A stretch of 24,517 bases of DNA from the IMG/VR virus record IMGVR_UViG_3300005581_000128, positions 1 to 24,517 of that record. One strand, given 5' to 3'. Position 1 is the first letter of the stretch. Every line of letters starts with the position of its first letter. Under the pieces are notes generated by a model that was not told the DNA's origin, made no database searches, and was given only the letters and a program-made list of their open reading frames with translations. This DNA is from a virus. Taxonomy: Duplodnaviria > Caudoviricetes. The translations under genes and the position numbers were made by a program. Below, one piece after another: positions 1-8,146 of this stretch.

Positions 1-420
1 CACTGGCGATGCTGGCGGACTGTAAATACCGCTCTGCGGCGACGCCACAACCGCCGCACTGGACAGCGTGACAGTCGTGCCGCTGACGTAGGTGATCGTC
101 CCTGTCTGCGGCACGTTGGCGGTGCCTGTGCCTTGGAGGTAATACCGCTTGCCGGTGTCTGCTGAGGTAAACGTGGCGCTGCTGCACGTGAGCAGCGTGC
201 CGGCTGCGGCGATGGAGCACCCGGAGACGCCTACCGTATCGCCCACCGCCCCTGCGACTGCGCCATATCCGTCCTTGACGTTGACAACCTCGGCCGCTCG
301 GTCGGCAAGCGACCGCGGACTAATCGCACCAGTGGCTTTGACGGTCCCGCCAGACAGATTGCCCGTCTGAGCCAACGCAGGCGAAGCAAGCAGCATCGCC
401 GCTAAAATGTAACGGATCAT
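1..420 (-). CDS. N-terminal part of a tailspike/depolymerase-like protein with an apparent Sec signal peptide; continues beyond the left window edge
   Basis: Hand translation from ATG at 420 (ATGA overlap with the stop of 417..971) is open for all 140 codons: MIRYILAAMLLASPALA-QTGNLSGGTVKATGAISPRSLADRAAEVVNVKDGYGAVAG...ATFTSADTGKRYYLQG...TITYVSGTTVTLS. RSLADRAAEVVNVKDGYGA resembles the R(T/S)xxDKxxxxVxVKDFGA motif preceding beta-helix tailspike domains. Absent from the ORF track because its stop is outside the window. Confidence 0.75.
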   Translation of the reverse strand, partial: MIRYILAAMLLASPALAQTGNLSGGTVKATGAISPRSLADRAAEVVNVKDGYGAVAGAVGDTVGVSGCSIAAAGTLLTCSSATFTSADTGKRYYLQGTGTANVPQTGTITYVSGTTVTLSSAAVVASPQSGIYSPPASPV

Positions 421-971
421 GTGAGCCTCACCATCAGAAAATTGCCGTTTCGGTATAGTCGCTTCAACCCGATCCCACCCGCCGCAGCCGCCGCGTCGTC
501 ATCGTAGCTTGCTCCATCCGCTATCGCCGTGAGAAGCAGGGTTTCAACTGCTAGTTCACCGCCCGCGATCGTCAAGGCATTCGACCCGTGTGTGATCGTC
601 ATGTCCCCGCTGTTGAAGTTGATTACCGCGCCGGATGCTAGGAACACGTCGGACCACATGAGCGCCGTCGTGCCGAGTGCCAGGCCGTCCGACGTGGCGG
701 GCGACAATGCCGTGCCAGTCATCTGCATTTCGGCCGTGGTGTTGACCGCAAAGCCGAGGGTGTTGGTCGCAGGCAGATAGATGCCGTTGGCCGGGACCGT
801 GGAGCCGTTGACCGTTACGGATGAATACGTGCTGGCCAGCCCGCCGTTCAGCAGTTGCGTGACCGTGCCATGCGTGTACGCGGTCCCGGTTGCGCCTTGC
901 TGCAACAGGAACCGATCCGTCAGGGCAATGGCCGATGCCGCCGTGAACTGCGTGATCTGTTTGCGGGGCAT
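417..971 (-). CDS. Short tail fibre-like protein (184 aa)
   Basis: Starts 1 nt after the upstream stop. Thr/Gly/Ala-rich, with fibre-type segment NGIYLPATNTLGFAVN and C-terminal YDDDAAAAAGGIGLKRLYRNGNFLMVR. Its N-terminus resembles that of the 1054-aa fibre. Confidence 0.7.
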   Translation of the reverse strand: MPRKQITQFTAASAIALTDRFLLQQGATGTAYTHGTVTQLLNGGLASTYSSVTVNGSTVPANGIYLPATNTLGFAVNTTAEMQMTGTALSPATSDGLALGTTALMWSDVFLASGAVINFNSGDMTITHGSNALTIAGGELAVETLLLTAIADGASYDDDAAAAAGGIGLKRLYRNGNFLMVRLT

Positions 972-972
972 G

Positions 973-1683
973 TCAGCAACTGATCCCGCGCAGGTTCAGC
1001 AGGATGCCTTTGACCCAATCGTAGTAGGCGTCCCGCCCGGCCTCATTGACGATGCCCTCGAAGATGCCGCACCAAGCCCAATCGACATTGAGCGTATTCG
1101 TCGTTGCGGCGCCGCCGGTCAGGTCGATGGTGTTGGCGCCGCTCCCACTGACAAGGCCGGAACTGCCATCGGAGGACGCGGTATCGTCTGTCAGGTTGTA
1201 GAGTGCCGACGCGGTGTTTCCGCCGATGGTCGCCACGCAAAACCGGAACTCGTCCAGATCGCCGGCAATGGTGAGCGTTGCCGCGCCCGTGACCGGCGAA
1301 CCTGTCAGGCTCATGGCGCCGGTTGTCGGATTGAGGGACCACAGGATCACAGATGTCGGGTTCGTCGCGATGACGCGCGCCGCCGTGCCGCTGCCACCCG
1401 TCACGCGACGGAACACGCCCATGATGGTGTATGCCGTCGTGGTGTTCAGCACCGCCGTTCGGATGGCGTTCGTGTCGGGCTCCATCCTCGCGTAGCCGGC
1501 GGAGTAGGTTGGACCCGAGCCGATGGCGGACCATGCCGAGCCGGCCGGCGCGCGGTTGATGGACGTTCCGGCATCGACACCGAAAAAGGCGTTGAACACT
1601 TCGCCGGATACGTTTGGAAGCGGGCCGCATAGTTTCGTGGCGGTCGTTGCCGTGATGCCTGCGTATTGCGTGATCAGTGCCAT
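973..1683 (-). CDS. Putative ConA/LamG-like beta-sandwich protein, fibre-associated (236 aa from ATG 1683)
   Basis: ATG at 1683 with GAGGA about 9 nt upstream (the track uses TTG 1689). Alternating beta pattern (YTIMGVFR, FRFCVATIG, DWAWCGIFE) and a C-terminal helix YYDWVKGILLNLRGI. Fold call is inference. Confidence 0.6.
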   Translation of the reverse strand: MALITQYAGITATTATKLCGPLPNVSGEVFNAFFGVDAGTSINRAPAGSAWSAIGSGPTYSAGYARMEPDTNAIRTAVLNTTTAYTIMGVFRRVTGGSGTAARVIATNPTSVILWSLNPTTGAMSLTGSPVTGAATLTIAGDLDEFRFCVATIGGNTASALYNLTDDTASSDGSSGLVSGSGANTIDLTGGAATTNTLNVDWAWCGIFEGIVNEAGRDAYYDWVKGILLNLRGISC

Positions 1684-1685
1684 AA

Positions 1686-4600
1686 TCAAACATCCTCAAC
1701 GATGGTCATGCGTTGTCCAACAGCCCAGTTCCACAAAGGATACGGATCGCCGGAAACGCTGTCGGTGGCGTAGGAAATGGCCGGGTCGGAGTCACAAATG
1801 TTGCCCGCGCCGTCGTATGTCGCGTTGCCAGCGTATTGAACCCACGGGTTCGCAGCCGTGCTGGTTTCGCGCGCCATCGTGATGACGATTGAGGATTTCT
1901 TGACTTCGATGGCGCTGATCGTGATCGACCCGGCATCGTCACCCAACCGAAAGCCGCGATTGGCGAATGTGGTGGGGGTGGTTTCGAGGTATGCGGCCTG
2001 GACTTGCAGCGGCGGTTCTGGCGTGTGGTATTCCAACAGCACCTTGTCGCCTCGAAACCATGCGGCGGTGATGTGGCAGGGGAGCCATCCCTCGCCCGCG
2101 AAAACTACCCGGTCAAATACCTTGGCGAACTGCTCCCCAACCCACCGATATCCGTCGCTTGTGAGGTGTTTGGTCCCGTCGTCCGGGTAGGCGTAATACG
2201 GACCAATCAGGTAGATATTTGGATTGTCCTGCGCCGCCGAAAGCTGAGCATTGCCGATAGCGGATATGTCAGAACCGCTATCCCAATCGGATGAAGTCTG
2301 GCACAGGAACAAGCCGGGGTCGGGGGTTTGGACGGCCTCCGCTTTCGCATCGGTTGCGAAGTCGGTCGCGAAAGTCTCAAGCGTTGCCTTGTAGGATGCT
2401 TCCGAGGTTCCGGCGGCGTAGTCCTGTTCGCCTTGCAGGAGGCACAAGCCCGCGATGCCATACGAAGACCCGCCGGCCGCCGTGTGCGCCTTGGCCATCA
2501 GATCCGTTAGCTGGCCGTAATACTCGGTCGGTGTCGCGCCCTTGGACAGATCGGCCAGCGCGGTTCCACCCTTCCCGGCGGCGTTGACCACCAGTTGCCG
2601 CGTGCTGTCCGAGGCAAGGTTGGCCCTCGCCAACTGCGACCGGCGCAGGTAGTTGACCATGCCGATCGCAGGAACTTCCGCGCCGGCCGTGATCGTTAGA
2701 TCAAGCATCGTGGCGGAACCGGACTGCGTGAATACGTCCGTTGCGACGGTATTTGCCGGCCGCGAGCCGAACGAGAACGTTCCATCCGGGCCGGCCGTGG
2801 TGCTGATTAGGCCCGCCGATCCGAACCCGAGCGCGAAGCTCTGGCCGTAGTGGATGATATGGCTATAGGTCCAACATGGCGTCGCAATGGTCGGGTTCGT
2901 CTGGCTGCGAACGGCCATGGATTGCGCCAGAGCTTGCGCGTCGCGGGCCTCTAGCTCAATGCCTGTGTAGGCGCCGGAAGTGCCGCCGCTGGCTTCATCG
3001 ACGTATTTTTTCGTGGCGGCGTGGTCCGATGCAGTTGGTTCGGAATTGAGCGTCAGGGTGCCGGTGCGGACCGAGCCGAAAACGTAGACGCCATCAATCG
3101 CTTTGAAGCCGAATGGTTGGCTGGTGGCGTCAACATCCAGCGCCCCGAACAGGCCCCACCGCTGATCGCCGGCATAGGTGTTGTTGGACGATACCGAAAC
3201 GGTGCCGGCGGTCACTACGGTTGCCGTGGCGCTGTCCATGACCGCCGTGGTGATCGTGCTCTTGGTCGCGATCAGGTCCGGCGTTTTGACCTGGCCGAAT
3301 GAATGCGTCCCGTCCGCTTCTGACCATCCGACCGCCGCGCCCGTGCTGTCCACATCGACGGCCCCGAACAGTCCCCACCGCGCATCCGCCGTCGCGGCTG
3401 TCGCGCCGCCGGTTATGGCCGTCCCCACCGTTGCCGTGCCCGACACCGCCAGCGTCGGGATGGAGCCGGTCGTGAACGTGCCGGATGCTCCGGTCACCGC
3501 GCCGGAGGATGTGATGGTGCCGGCGTTGACGGCGGTAATCGTGCCCACCGTCGATACCAAAGTGCCGACCGTGCCCGTGGTCACGACTGCGTCTGTGACG
3601 GTCGCCTTGCCCAACGTGACCGTCCCAGCGTTGGCGGTTAGGGTTCCGATGGTTCCTGTGGCAATGGTGCCGGTGGTGCCCGCCAGATGCCCGATGGTGG
3701 CGGTGCCACTGGCCGAAAGGGTGGTGGCGGCCAGGTCGGTGATCGTGCCCTTGCCCAGCGTCACGGTGCCCGCGTTGGCAATCAGAGTGCCGATCGTGGC
3801 AACGCCAGTCGCCGCAAGCGTAGTAGAGGCAAGGTCGGTGATTGTGCCTTTCGACAACGATACCGTGCCGGCATTCGCAATCAACGTCGCGATGGTGCCC
3901 TTGCTGACAACGGCATCCGTGACCGTGGCGCTTGCCAGCGTGACAGTCCCCGCGCTCGCTACCAGCGTCCCGACCGTCGCGCTTGTCGCCGCCGCGTGTC
4001 CGATCGTGGCCGTCCCGGTCGCGGCCAGTGTCGTTGCCGTCACGTCCGTGATCGTGCCCGTCGCGGCGGTGACCTTGCCCGATACCGCGACCGTTCCGGC
4101 GTTGATGCTGGTAATCGTGCCGGATGCACCGATGATGGCGCCTGCCGCTGTGACGCTGGTGGCCGAGACGTGCCCCACCGTTGCCGTGCCCGACACTGCC
4201 AGCGTCGGCGCCGTCAGGTTGGTAATCGTCCCCGCGTCCGATTGCAGCGATTGCAGCACCGCCGCGCCCGCGTCGATATCGACCGTGCCGATATTGGCCG
4301 TCGTCAGGTTCGCCGTGCCAGCGCCTAGCGTGCCCGTGACCGTGAGCGCCGTCAGTGTGCCGGTGCCGGTCGTGATCGTCACGGTCCCGGCATTGAGGCT
4401 TGTCAGGGTCGCCGTGGTTCCGACGATCGTGCCAGCGTTGAGGCTGGTGATCGTCGCCGTCTGTAGCAGCGCGTCGCCGTTGTCGATATCGACGGTGCCT
4501 GCGTTCAGTTTTGTGAACGCGCCTAGCCCCACCGTTGCCGTGCCGGACACTGTGAGCGTGTTGATAGAGCCGGTGGCGAGCGTGCCAGTGCCGCTTTTGA

Positions 4601-4850
4601 TGTCGATGGTGCCGGCGGTCAGGCTGGTGATGCTGCCCACATCCAGCGTTGCCGTGCCGCCCGTGATGATAACGTCATTCGCAACGATGGTGCCGGTGCC
4701 GATTGCGTCAATCAGCCCGTTCATCACCTGTTCGGCGGATGCCTTGCGAAGCGGCGTTCCACCCGTGCCGGGCTGGATGACCAGCCAGTCCGACGGCGCA
4801 ACGGATGTGACGGTCGGGAGTTGGGCAATCTCGGTCGAAAGGTCAGTCAT
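1686..4850 (-). CDS. Long tail fibre/spike with Thr/Ala/Gly pentapeptide-periodic shaft and C-terminal SGNH (sialate O-acetylesterase-like) hydrolase domain (1054 aa)
   Basis: TAATG coupling at 4850. About 430 aa of GTIT/TLxA repeats, fibre motif HAATKKYVD, then SGNH blocks HYGQS, AGKGGT, LLQGEQD and DDGTKHL. Confidence 0.85.
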   Translation of the reverse strand: MTDLSTEIAQLPTVTSVAPSDWLVIQPGTGGTPLRKASAEQVMNGLIDAIGTGTIVANDVIITGGTATLDVGSITSLTAGTIDIKSGTGTLATGSINTLTVSGTATVGLGAFTKLNAGTVDIDNGDALLQTATITSLNAGTIVGTTATLTSLNAGTVTITTGTGTLTALTVTGTLGAGTANLTTANIGTVDIDAGAAVLQSLQSDAGTITNLTAPTLAVSGTATVGHVSATSVTAAGAIIGASGTITSINAGTVAVSGKVTAATGTITDVTATTLAATGTATIGHAAATSATVGTLVASAGTVTLASATVTDAVVSKGTIATLIANAGTVSLSKGTITDLASTTLAATGVATIGTLIANAGTVTLGKGTITDLAATTLSASGTATIGHLAGTTGTIATGTIGTLTANAGTVTLGKATVTDAVVTTGTVGTLVSTVGTITAVNAGTITSSGAVTGASGTFTTGSIPTLAVSGTATVGTAITGGATAATADARWGLFGAVDVDSTGAAVGWSEADGTHSFGQVKTPDLIATKSTITTAVMDSATATVVTAGTVSVSSNNTYAGDQRWGLFGALDVDATSQPFGFKAIDGVYVFGSVRTGTLTLNSEPTASDHAATKKYVDEASGGTSGAYTGIELEARDAQALAQSMAVRSQTNPTIATPCWTYSHIIHYGQSFALGFGSAGLISTTAGPDGTFSFGSRPANTVATDVFTQSGSATMLDLTITAGAEVPAIGMVNYLRRSQLARANLASDSTRQLVVNAAGKGGTALADLSKGATPTEYYGQLTDLMAKAHTAAGGSSYGIAGLCLLQGEQDYAAGTSEASYKATLETFATDFATDAKAEAVQTPDPGLFLCQTSSDWDSGSDISAIGNAQLSAAQDNPNIYLIGPYYAYPDDGTKHLTSDGYRWVGEQFAKVFDRVVFAGEGWLPCHITAAWFRGDKVLLEYHTPEPPLQVQAAYLETTPTTFANRGFRLGDDAGSITISAIEVKKSSIVITMARETSTAANPWVQYAGNATYDGAGNICDSDPAISYATDSVSGDPYPLWNWAVGQRMTIVEDV
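3423..4552. repeat. Intragenic direct repeats in the fibre shaft
   Basis: ccccaccgttgccgtgcccgacacYgccagcgtcgg at 3423-3458 and 4173-4208 (35/36 identical, 750 nt apart), with a third partial copy at 4527-4552. They encode (PTLA)VSGTATVG. Confidence 0.9.
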
Positions 4851-5539
4851 TAGACGGCTCCAATCGCGATCCAGTTGACAACGAAACTGCCTGTTGCTTG
4901 GTCGGGAACGTAAACGATGAACTCGGTTCCGTTCTGGCCAGTGATCGTCACGTCATTTTGGGACGTTGATGCGGAGCCGTTTGAAACGACAAGGGTGTAG
5001 AACGACGAAAACGTAGACGGGAAGCTGATCGTCGCGGAGTTGCCGGAAAGCGTTACGCTTTCAGTCCCCCATTGCATCCGGATGTTCCCGGGCAGGGTCA
5101 CGTAACCGTCGCCGGCTTTGGACTGCGCAAACTGGGAGAAATTCACAACCTCATCGCCCGTCGTGCCGTCTGCTGCGGTGATGTTGCCGGTTACCGCCAC
5201 ATCGTTCGCGATTTCCAGGTTCCCGGCCGAATTGAGATAGACCGCCTTTTCCGCCGGGATGTGGTTGATGACGTAGGCGGAACCGACAAACACCACCCGA
5301 TCCGTAGTGCCGAGGTGGTTAGACAACACCGTCGTGCGGGCCAGCGTGTCCGGCGTGGCGTGCGTCAGGGTGCCTAGCCCGACTTCCCATTGCGTCGAAT
5401 TGGACAGGCAGTATCCGACCGTCGATCCGTTCGCCAACTGACTGCGGAACGTGCTGCGGCCTGCCACCGCGCCGGCTAGGTTGATCGTGGCGGAATTGCT
5501 TGGAGACGCGCACGTCTCTAGGATCAGGTTCCCGATCAT
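4850..5539 (-). CDS. Tail fibre/adaptor protein with baseplate-anchoring N-terminal domain and gp53-like C-terminal domain (229 aa)
   Basis: N-terminal ET...INLAGAVAGRSTF...Y...QWEVGLGT...LARTTVLS pattern typical of fibre N-termini; C-terminal GYVTLPGNIRMQWG...ISFPSTF...NWIAIG. Confidence 0.8.
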   Translation of the reverse strand: MIGNLILETCASPSNSATINLAGAVAGRSTFRSQLANGSTVGYCLSNSTQWEVGLGTLTHATPDTLARTTVLSNHLGTTDRVVFVGSAYVINHIPAEKAVYLNSAGNLEIANDVAVTGNITAADGTTGDEVVNFSQFAQSKAGDGYVTLPGNIRMQWGTESVTLSGNSATISFPSTFSSFYTLVVSNGSASTSQNDVTITGQNGTEFIVYVPDQATGSFVVNWIAIGAV

Positions 5540-5540
5540 C

Positions 5541-6317
5541 TCAAAGCCTCTCAGTCACGGTTGCCCGCCATGTCCGCATCCGCGATGCGCCCGCCACGGC
5601 GCCGCTAGGCCCCGCCTGCATTTTTCCAAAGATCGCGTCGTATTTGACTGCGTTGCCGTTCGCGTCTGGGATCACGAGAAAGTTGATCCCCAAGCCCGCC
5701 AGCCGAGACGCTTCTTCCGCGCCCGCGTAATGTTCGTCAGACGCGATCGCGCCAAACTCGAAATTGAGCGTTCGCGCGTTGGATAGCTGCGTCGTGTATT
5801 CCTGTCCGCCGCGCGTGATTTGGTTGTTTTGCTGCGGCATCCATGCACTGGTGAGGGAAGGCGCGACGCTGTAGGTCGGGAGCCAGCCATTGCCGATGAA
5901 CACCAGCGGGACGTTCAAGAACCCATCCGGGTTGGACGTGTCCACAATCTCAATGGCGATGCTGTCCGCGTATTCGGCCGCGTCGAGAACGAACACCACC
6001 TGCCCGCGTCCTACTGCCGGGCCGGCTAGTGTCTCGGTCCATGTCTCGACGCTGTTATAGGTAATCGTCGCGGTGATTTGCGCCGTGGTCGATAGGTTGG
6101 TTCGGAAAAGCCCAATCACCAGCACCGACGAACCCGCAACCGCCAGCGTATACGTGAGCGTCGCCGTGGTCACGCCCGCGAGGGACTGCCAGCCGGTGGA
6201 CGCGTCGCCGATGTCGTTGACCGTCGCTTCCGGCGGCATGAGTGCTTCGGACGACGTGGCCGATATTGTCGCTAGTTTGGCGAGGTTGGACCACGCGAGC
6301 AGGGTTTGCGTGGTCAT
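5541..6317 (-). CDS. Tail-tip protein, probably distal tail (Dit)-like with an N-terminal beta-sandwich (258 aa)
   Basis: ATGA overlap with the upstream gene; position in the tail-tip module; C-terminal half (TRGGQEY...RTLNFEF...FLVIPD...IFGKM...WRATVTERL) resembles a Dit fold. Function inferred. Confidence 0.6.
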   Translation of the reverse strand: MTTQTLLAWSNLAKLATISATSSEALMPPEATVNDIGDASTGWQSLAGVTTATLTYTLAVAGSSVLVIGLFRTNLSTTAQITATITYNSVETWTETLAGPAVGRGQVVFVLDAAEYADSIAIEIVDTSNPDGFLNVPLVFIGNGWLPTYSVAPSLTSAWMPQQNNQITRGGQEYTTQLSNARTLNFEFGAIASDEHYAGAEEASRLAGLGINFLVIPDANGNAVKYDAIFGKMQAGPSGAVAGASRMRTWRATVTERL

Positions 6318-8146
6318 ACCAGCACCGTGAGTGTCATGGTCAATTCCGTTGTGTCAAAGGATCGACCAACCACCTTGCCGCGCGCGCCCGTGGCCATGAT
6401 GTGGTTGGGATAGGTCACGGTCACGGTGTCCCCGAACTCGCGATCGACCGCTTCAACAATCGGAAGCGTAACGTCGAAGGACCACCGCCGCGTGCCGAAC
6501 AGCGCGCCTATGCGGTCCGCCACGGCTTGCGCGTCCGCCTCGGTCGTCAGTCCGCCGCCGAACGGTGGCAGGTCCTTTGCGGTCGCGTATCCGTTCAAGA
6601 CCGACGTATCCAGCCACGCGGCGAAACGGTCCGCCGTCTGCACAAACTGCCGATGCGCCTCGGTCGTTGATCCGATCAGGCCGGAAGTCTGGACCGTGTT
6701 GTTATGCTGGTAGGCGCATCGCACACGATAGGTTGCCGGCATGACCTCGGCCGCGATGGTGCGGGGTTCACATCGGAGAATGTTCGCCGTGGTGTAGGAC
6801 GCGACCGACGTATCCGCGTCGGTGGTGGCTTTGAGAATGAAGCATTGCAGGGCACCCGATACCGCCGGAACGATGCGCGCCCCGAACGCCGCCAAGGCCC
6901 GCCCCACGGCTTCGTCACCGCTCACACGGTCATCCGGCCCAAAATACCAGCCGGCTTGATAGGGATAGTCGGTAGCCGCCGTCGTGAAGCTGGCCGTGTC
7001 CACATAATCGGCCGGGATGTCCATATCCTCGGTCAGCATGTAGCGGATGATATTCGCCGCGATCAGTTGCGCCCCGGCCGTGGGAAAGTGCCCCGTCACG
7101 TCAACCGTGATGGCCGCGTTGTCGGCGGGTTCCTGGCCGAGTTGGAACAGGCCACGGCTGTTGTCGGTGCGGTATTGCCCGGCGGATGTGGTGCCTGTGT
7201 ATAGGTCCGTCGTGTCCGCCTGAAACGTGATGGACGTTGCGCCACCCTCATACAATGCCGCGATCGTTCCGGGTCCGTCGTTGTATTGGTAAATCAGGTT
7301 GTCCCGGTCCACAAGAACGGGCGTGATGTTGTAGGCGATGCCACGGGTTTTCGGCTTCGGCACATTCGCCAGCGCCGCGTCACCTTCATACGTTCCGGTC
7401 CCGGCATAGAGGTTCCGCTGAAACGGCAGGTCCAACCAATAGGAGGCATCCCGTAGCGATACCTCCAACTTGAACTCGTCCAACATCCAGCCGGACGCCA
7501 CGCCCGTAAAGATGGTTGTCAGGTCGTCCGCAATCGGATCAAGGAACACGCCGCGTGTATCATCCCACGTCTTGACGCCATACTTGACCGAGACGTTCCG
7601 CCCCTCGACGTTCCACGCGCCGACAACGCCATCATAGGCGTGGTCCACATTGATGATGGACAGCGAACCCCAGCCGTAGACGATGCCGGTTTGCGCCGGG
7701 GCCAAGGGGATACGCGCGTCCAGTGTGAAGCCGCCGCTGATCCGGGGCGGGTAGGGTAGGACCGGGGTCTCAGTCCGATACCCCACGTCCGACACTCGCA
7801 GCGTTTCGGTATCCTCGGCCGCTGCCGCCAACAGGGACACCGCCCCCCATGGCGCCGACCCCCAGCCGTAGGCGTAATCCAGCGCAGCCGCCGGGCGGGA
7901 TATGTCGATGCCGACCGTGATGAACGGGACATTGCCAGCAATCAGCGCCGCATCGGTCGCCGTTAGCTCCGACACGATGATGCCGGACGGGTCCGCCAGT
8001 AGGTAGCCGTCCGGGTCCGCTACGTCGGTGGATGGCGAGGGTGCGCCGACATACCCCGTCAACGGCTCATACGGCCCGCCCACAAGGGTTCCGTCGCTGT
8101 CGCCTAGGGTAACCTCGCCCGGCCCGGTAATCGGCGCAGTGGGCAT
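6314..8146 (-). CDS. Tail-tip/baseplate hub-like protein (610 aa)
   Basis: TAATG-coupled directly after the tape measure; segments YAGTGTYEG...KPKTRGIAYNITPVLVD...YQYNDG and C-terminal FGDTVTVTYP...GKVVG. Function from synteny. Confidence 0.7.
   Translation of the reverse strand: MPTAPITGPGEVTLGDSDGTLVGGPYEPLTGYVGAPSPSTDVADPDGYLLADPSGIIVSELTATDAALIAGNVPFITVGIDISRPAAALDYAYGWGSAPWGAVSLLAAAAEDTETLRVSDVGYRTETPVLPYPPRISGGFTLDARIPLAPAQTGIVYGWGSLSIINVDHAYDGVVGAWNVEGRNVSVKYGVKTWDDTRGVFLDPIADDLTTIFTGVASGWMLDEFKLEVSLRDASYWLDLPFQRNLYAGTGTYEGDAALANVPKPKTRGIAYNITPVLVDRDNLIYQYNDGPGTIAALYEGGATSITFQADTTDLYTGTTSAGQYRTDNSRGLFQLGQEPADNAAITVDVTGHFPTAGAQLIAANIIRYMLTEDMDIPADYVDTASFTTAATDYPYQAGWYFGPDDRVSGDEAVGRALAAFGARIVPAVSGALQCFILKATTDADTSVASYTTANILRCEPRTIAAEVMPATYRVRCAYQHNNTVQTSGLIGSTTEAHRQFVQTADRFAAWLDTSVLNGYATAKDLPPFGGGLTTEADAQAVADRIGALFGTRRWSFDVTLPIVEAVDREFGDTVTVTYPNHIMATGARGKVVGRSFDTTELTMTLTVLV

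Noticed and set aside
1686-4850. Diversity-generating retroelement target, or ice-nucleation protein
   Set aside because: No reverse transcriptase or adenine-specific TR/VR pair in the window; the repeats lack the AGYGSTxT octapeptide of ice-nucleation proteins.
3178-4878. 566-aa plus-strand ORF rich in Val/Pro/Ala
   Set aside because: It is the in-register antisense shadow of the Thr/Gly/Ala fibre repeat (ACC/GGC read as GGT/GCC families and lack stops); no independent evidence of a gene.
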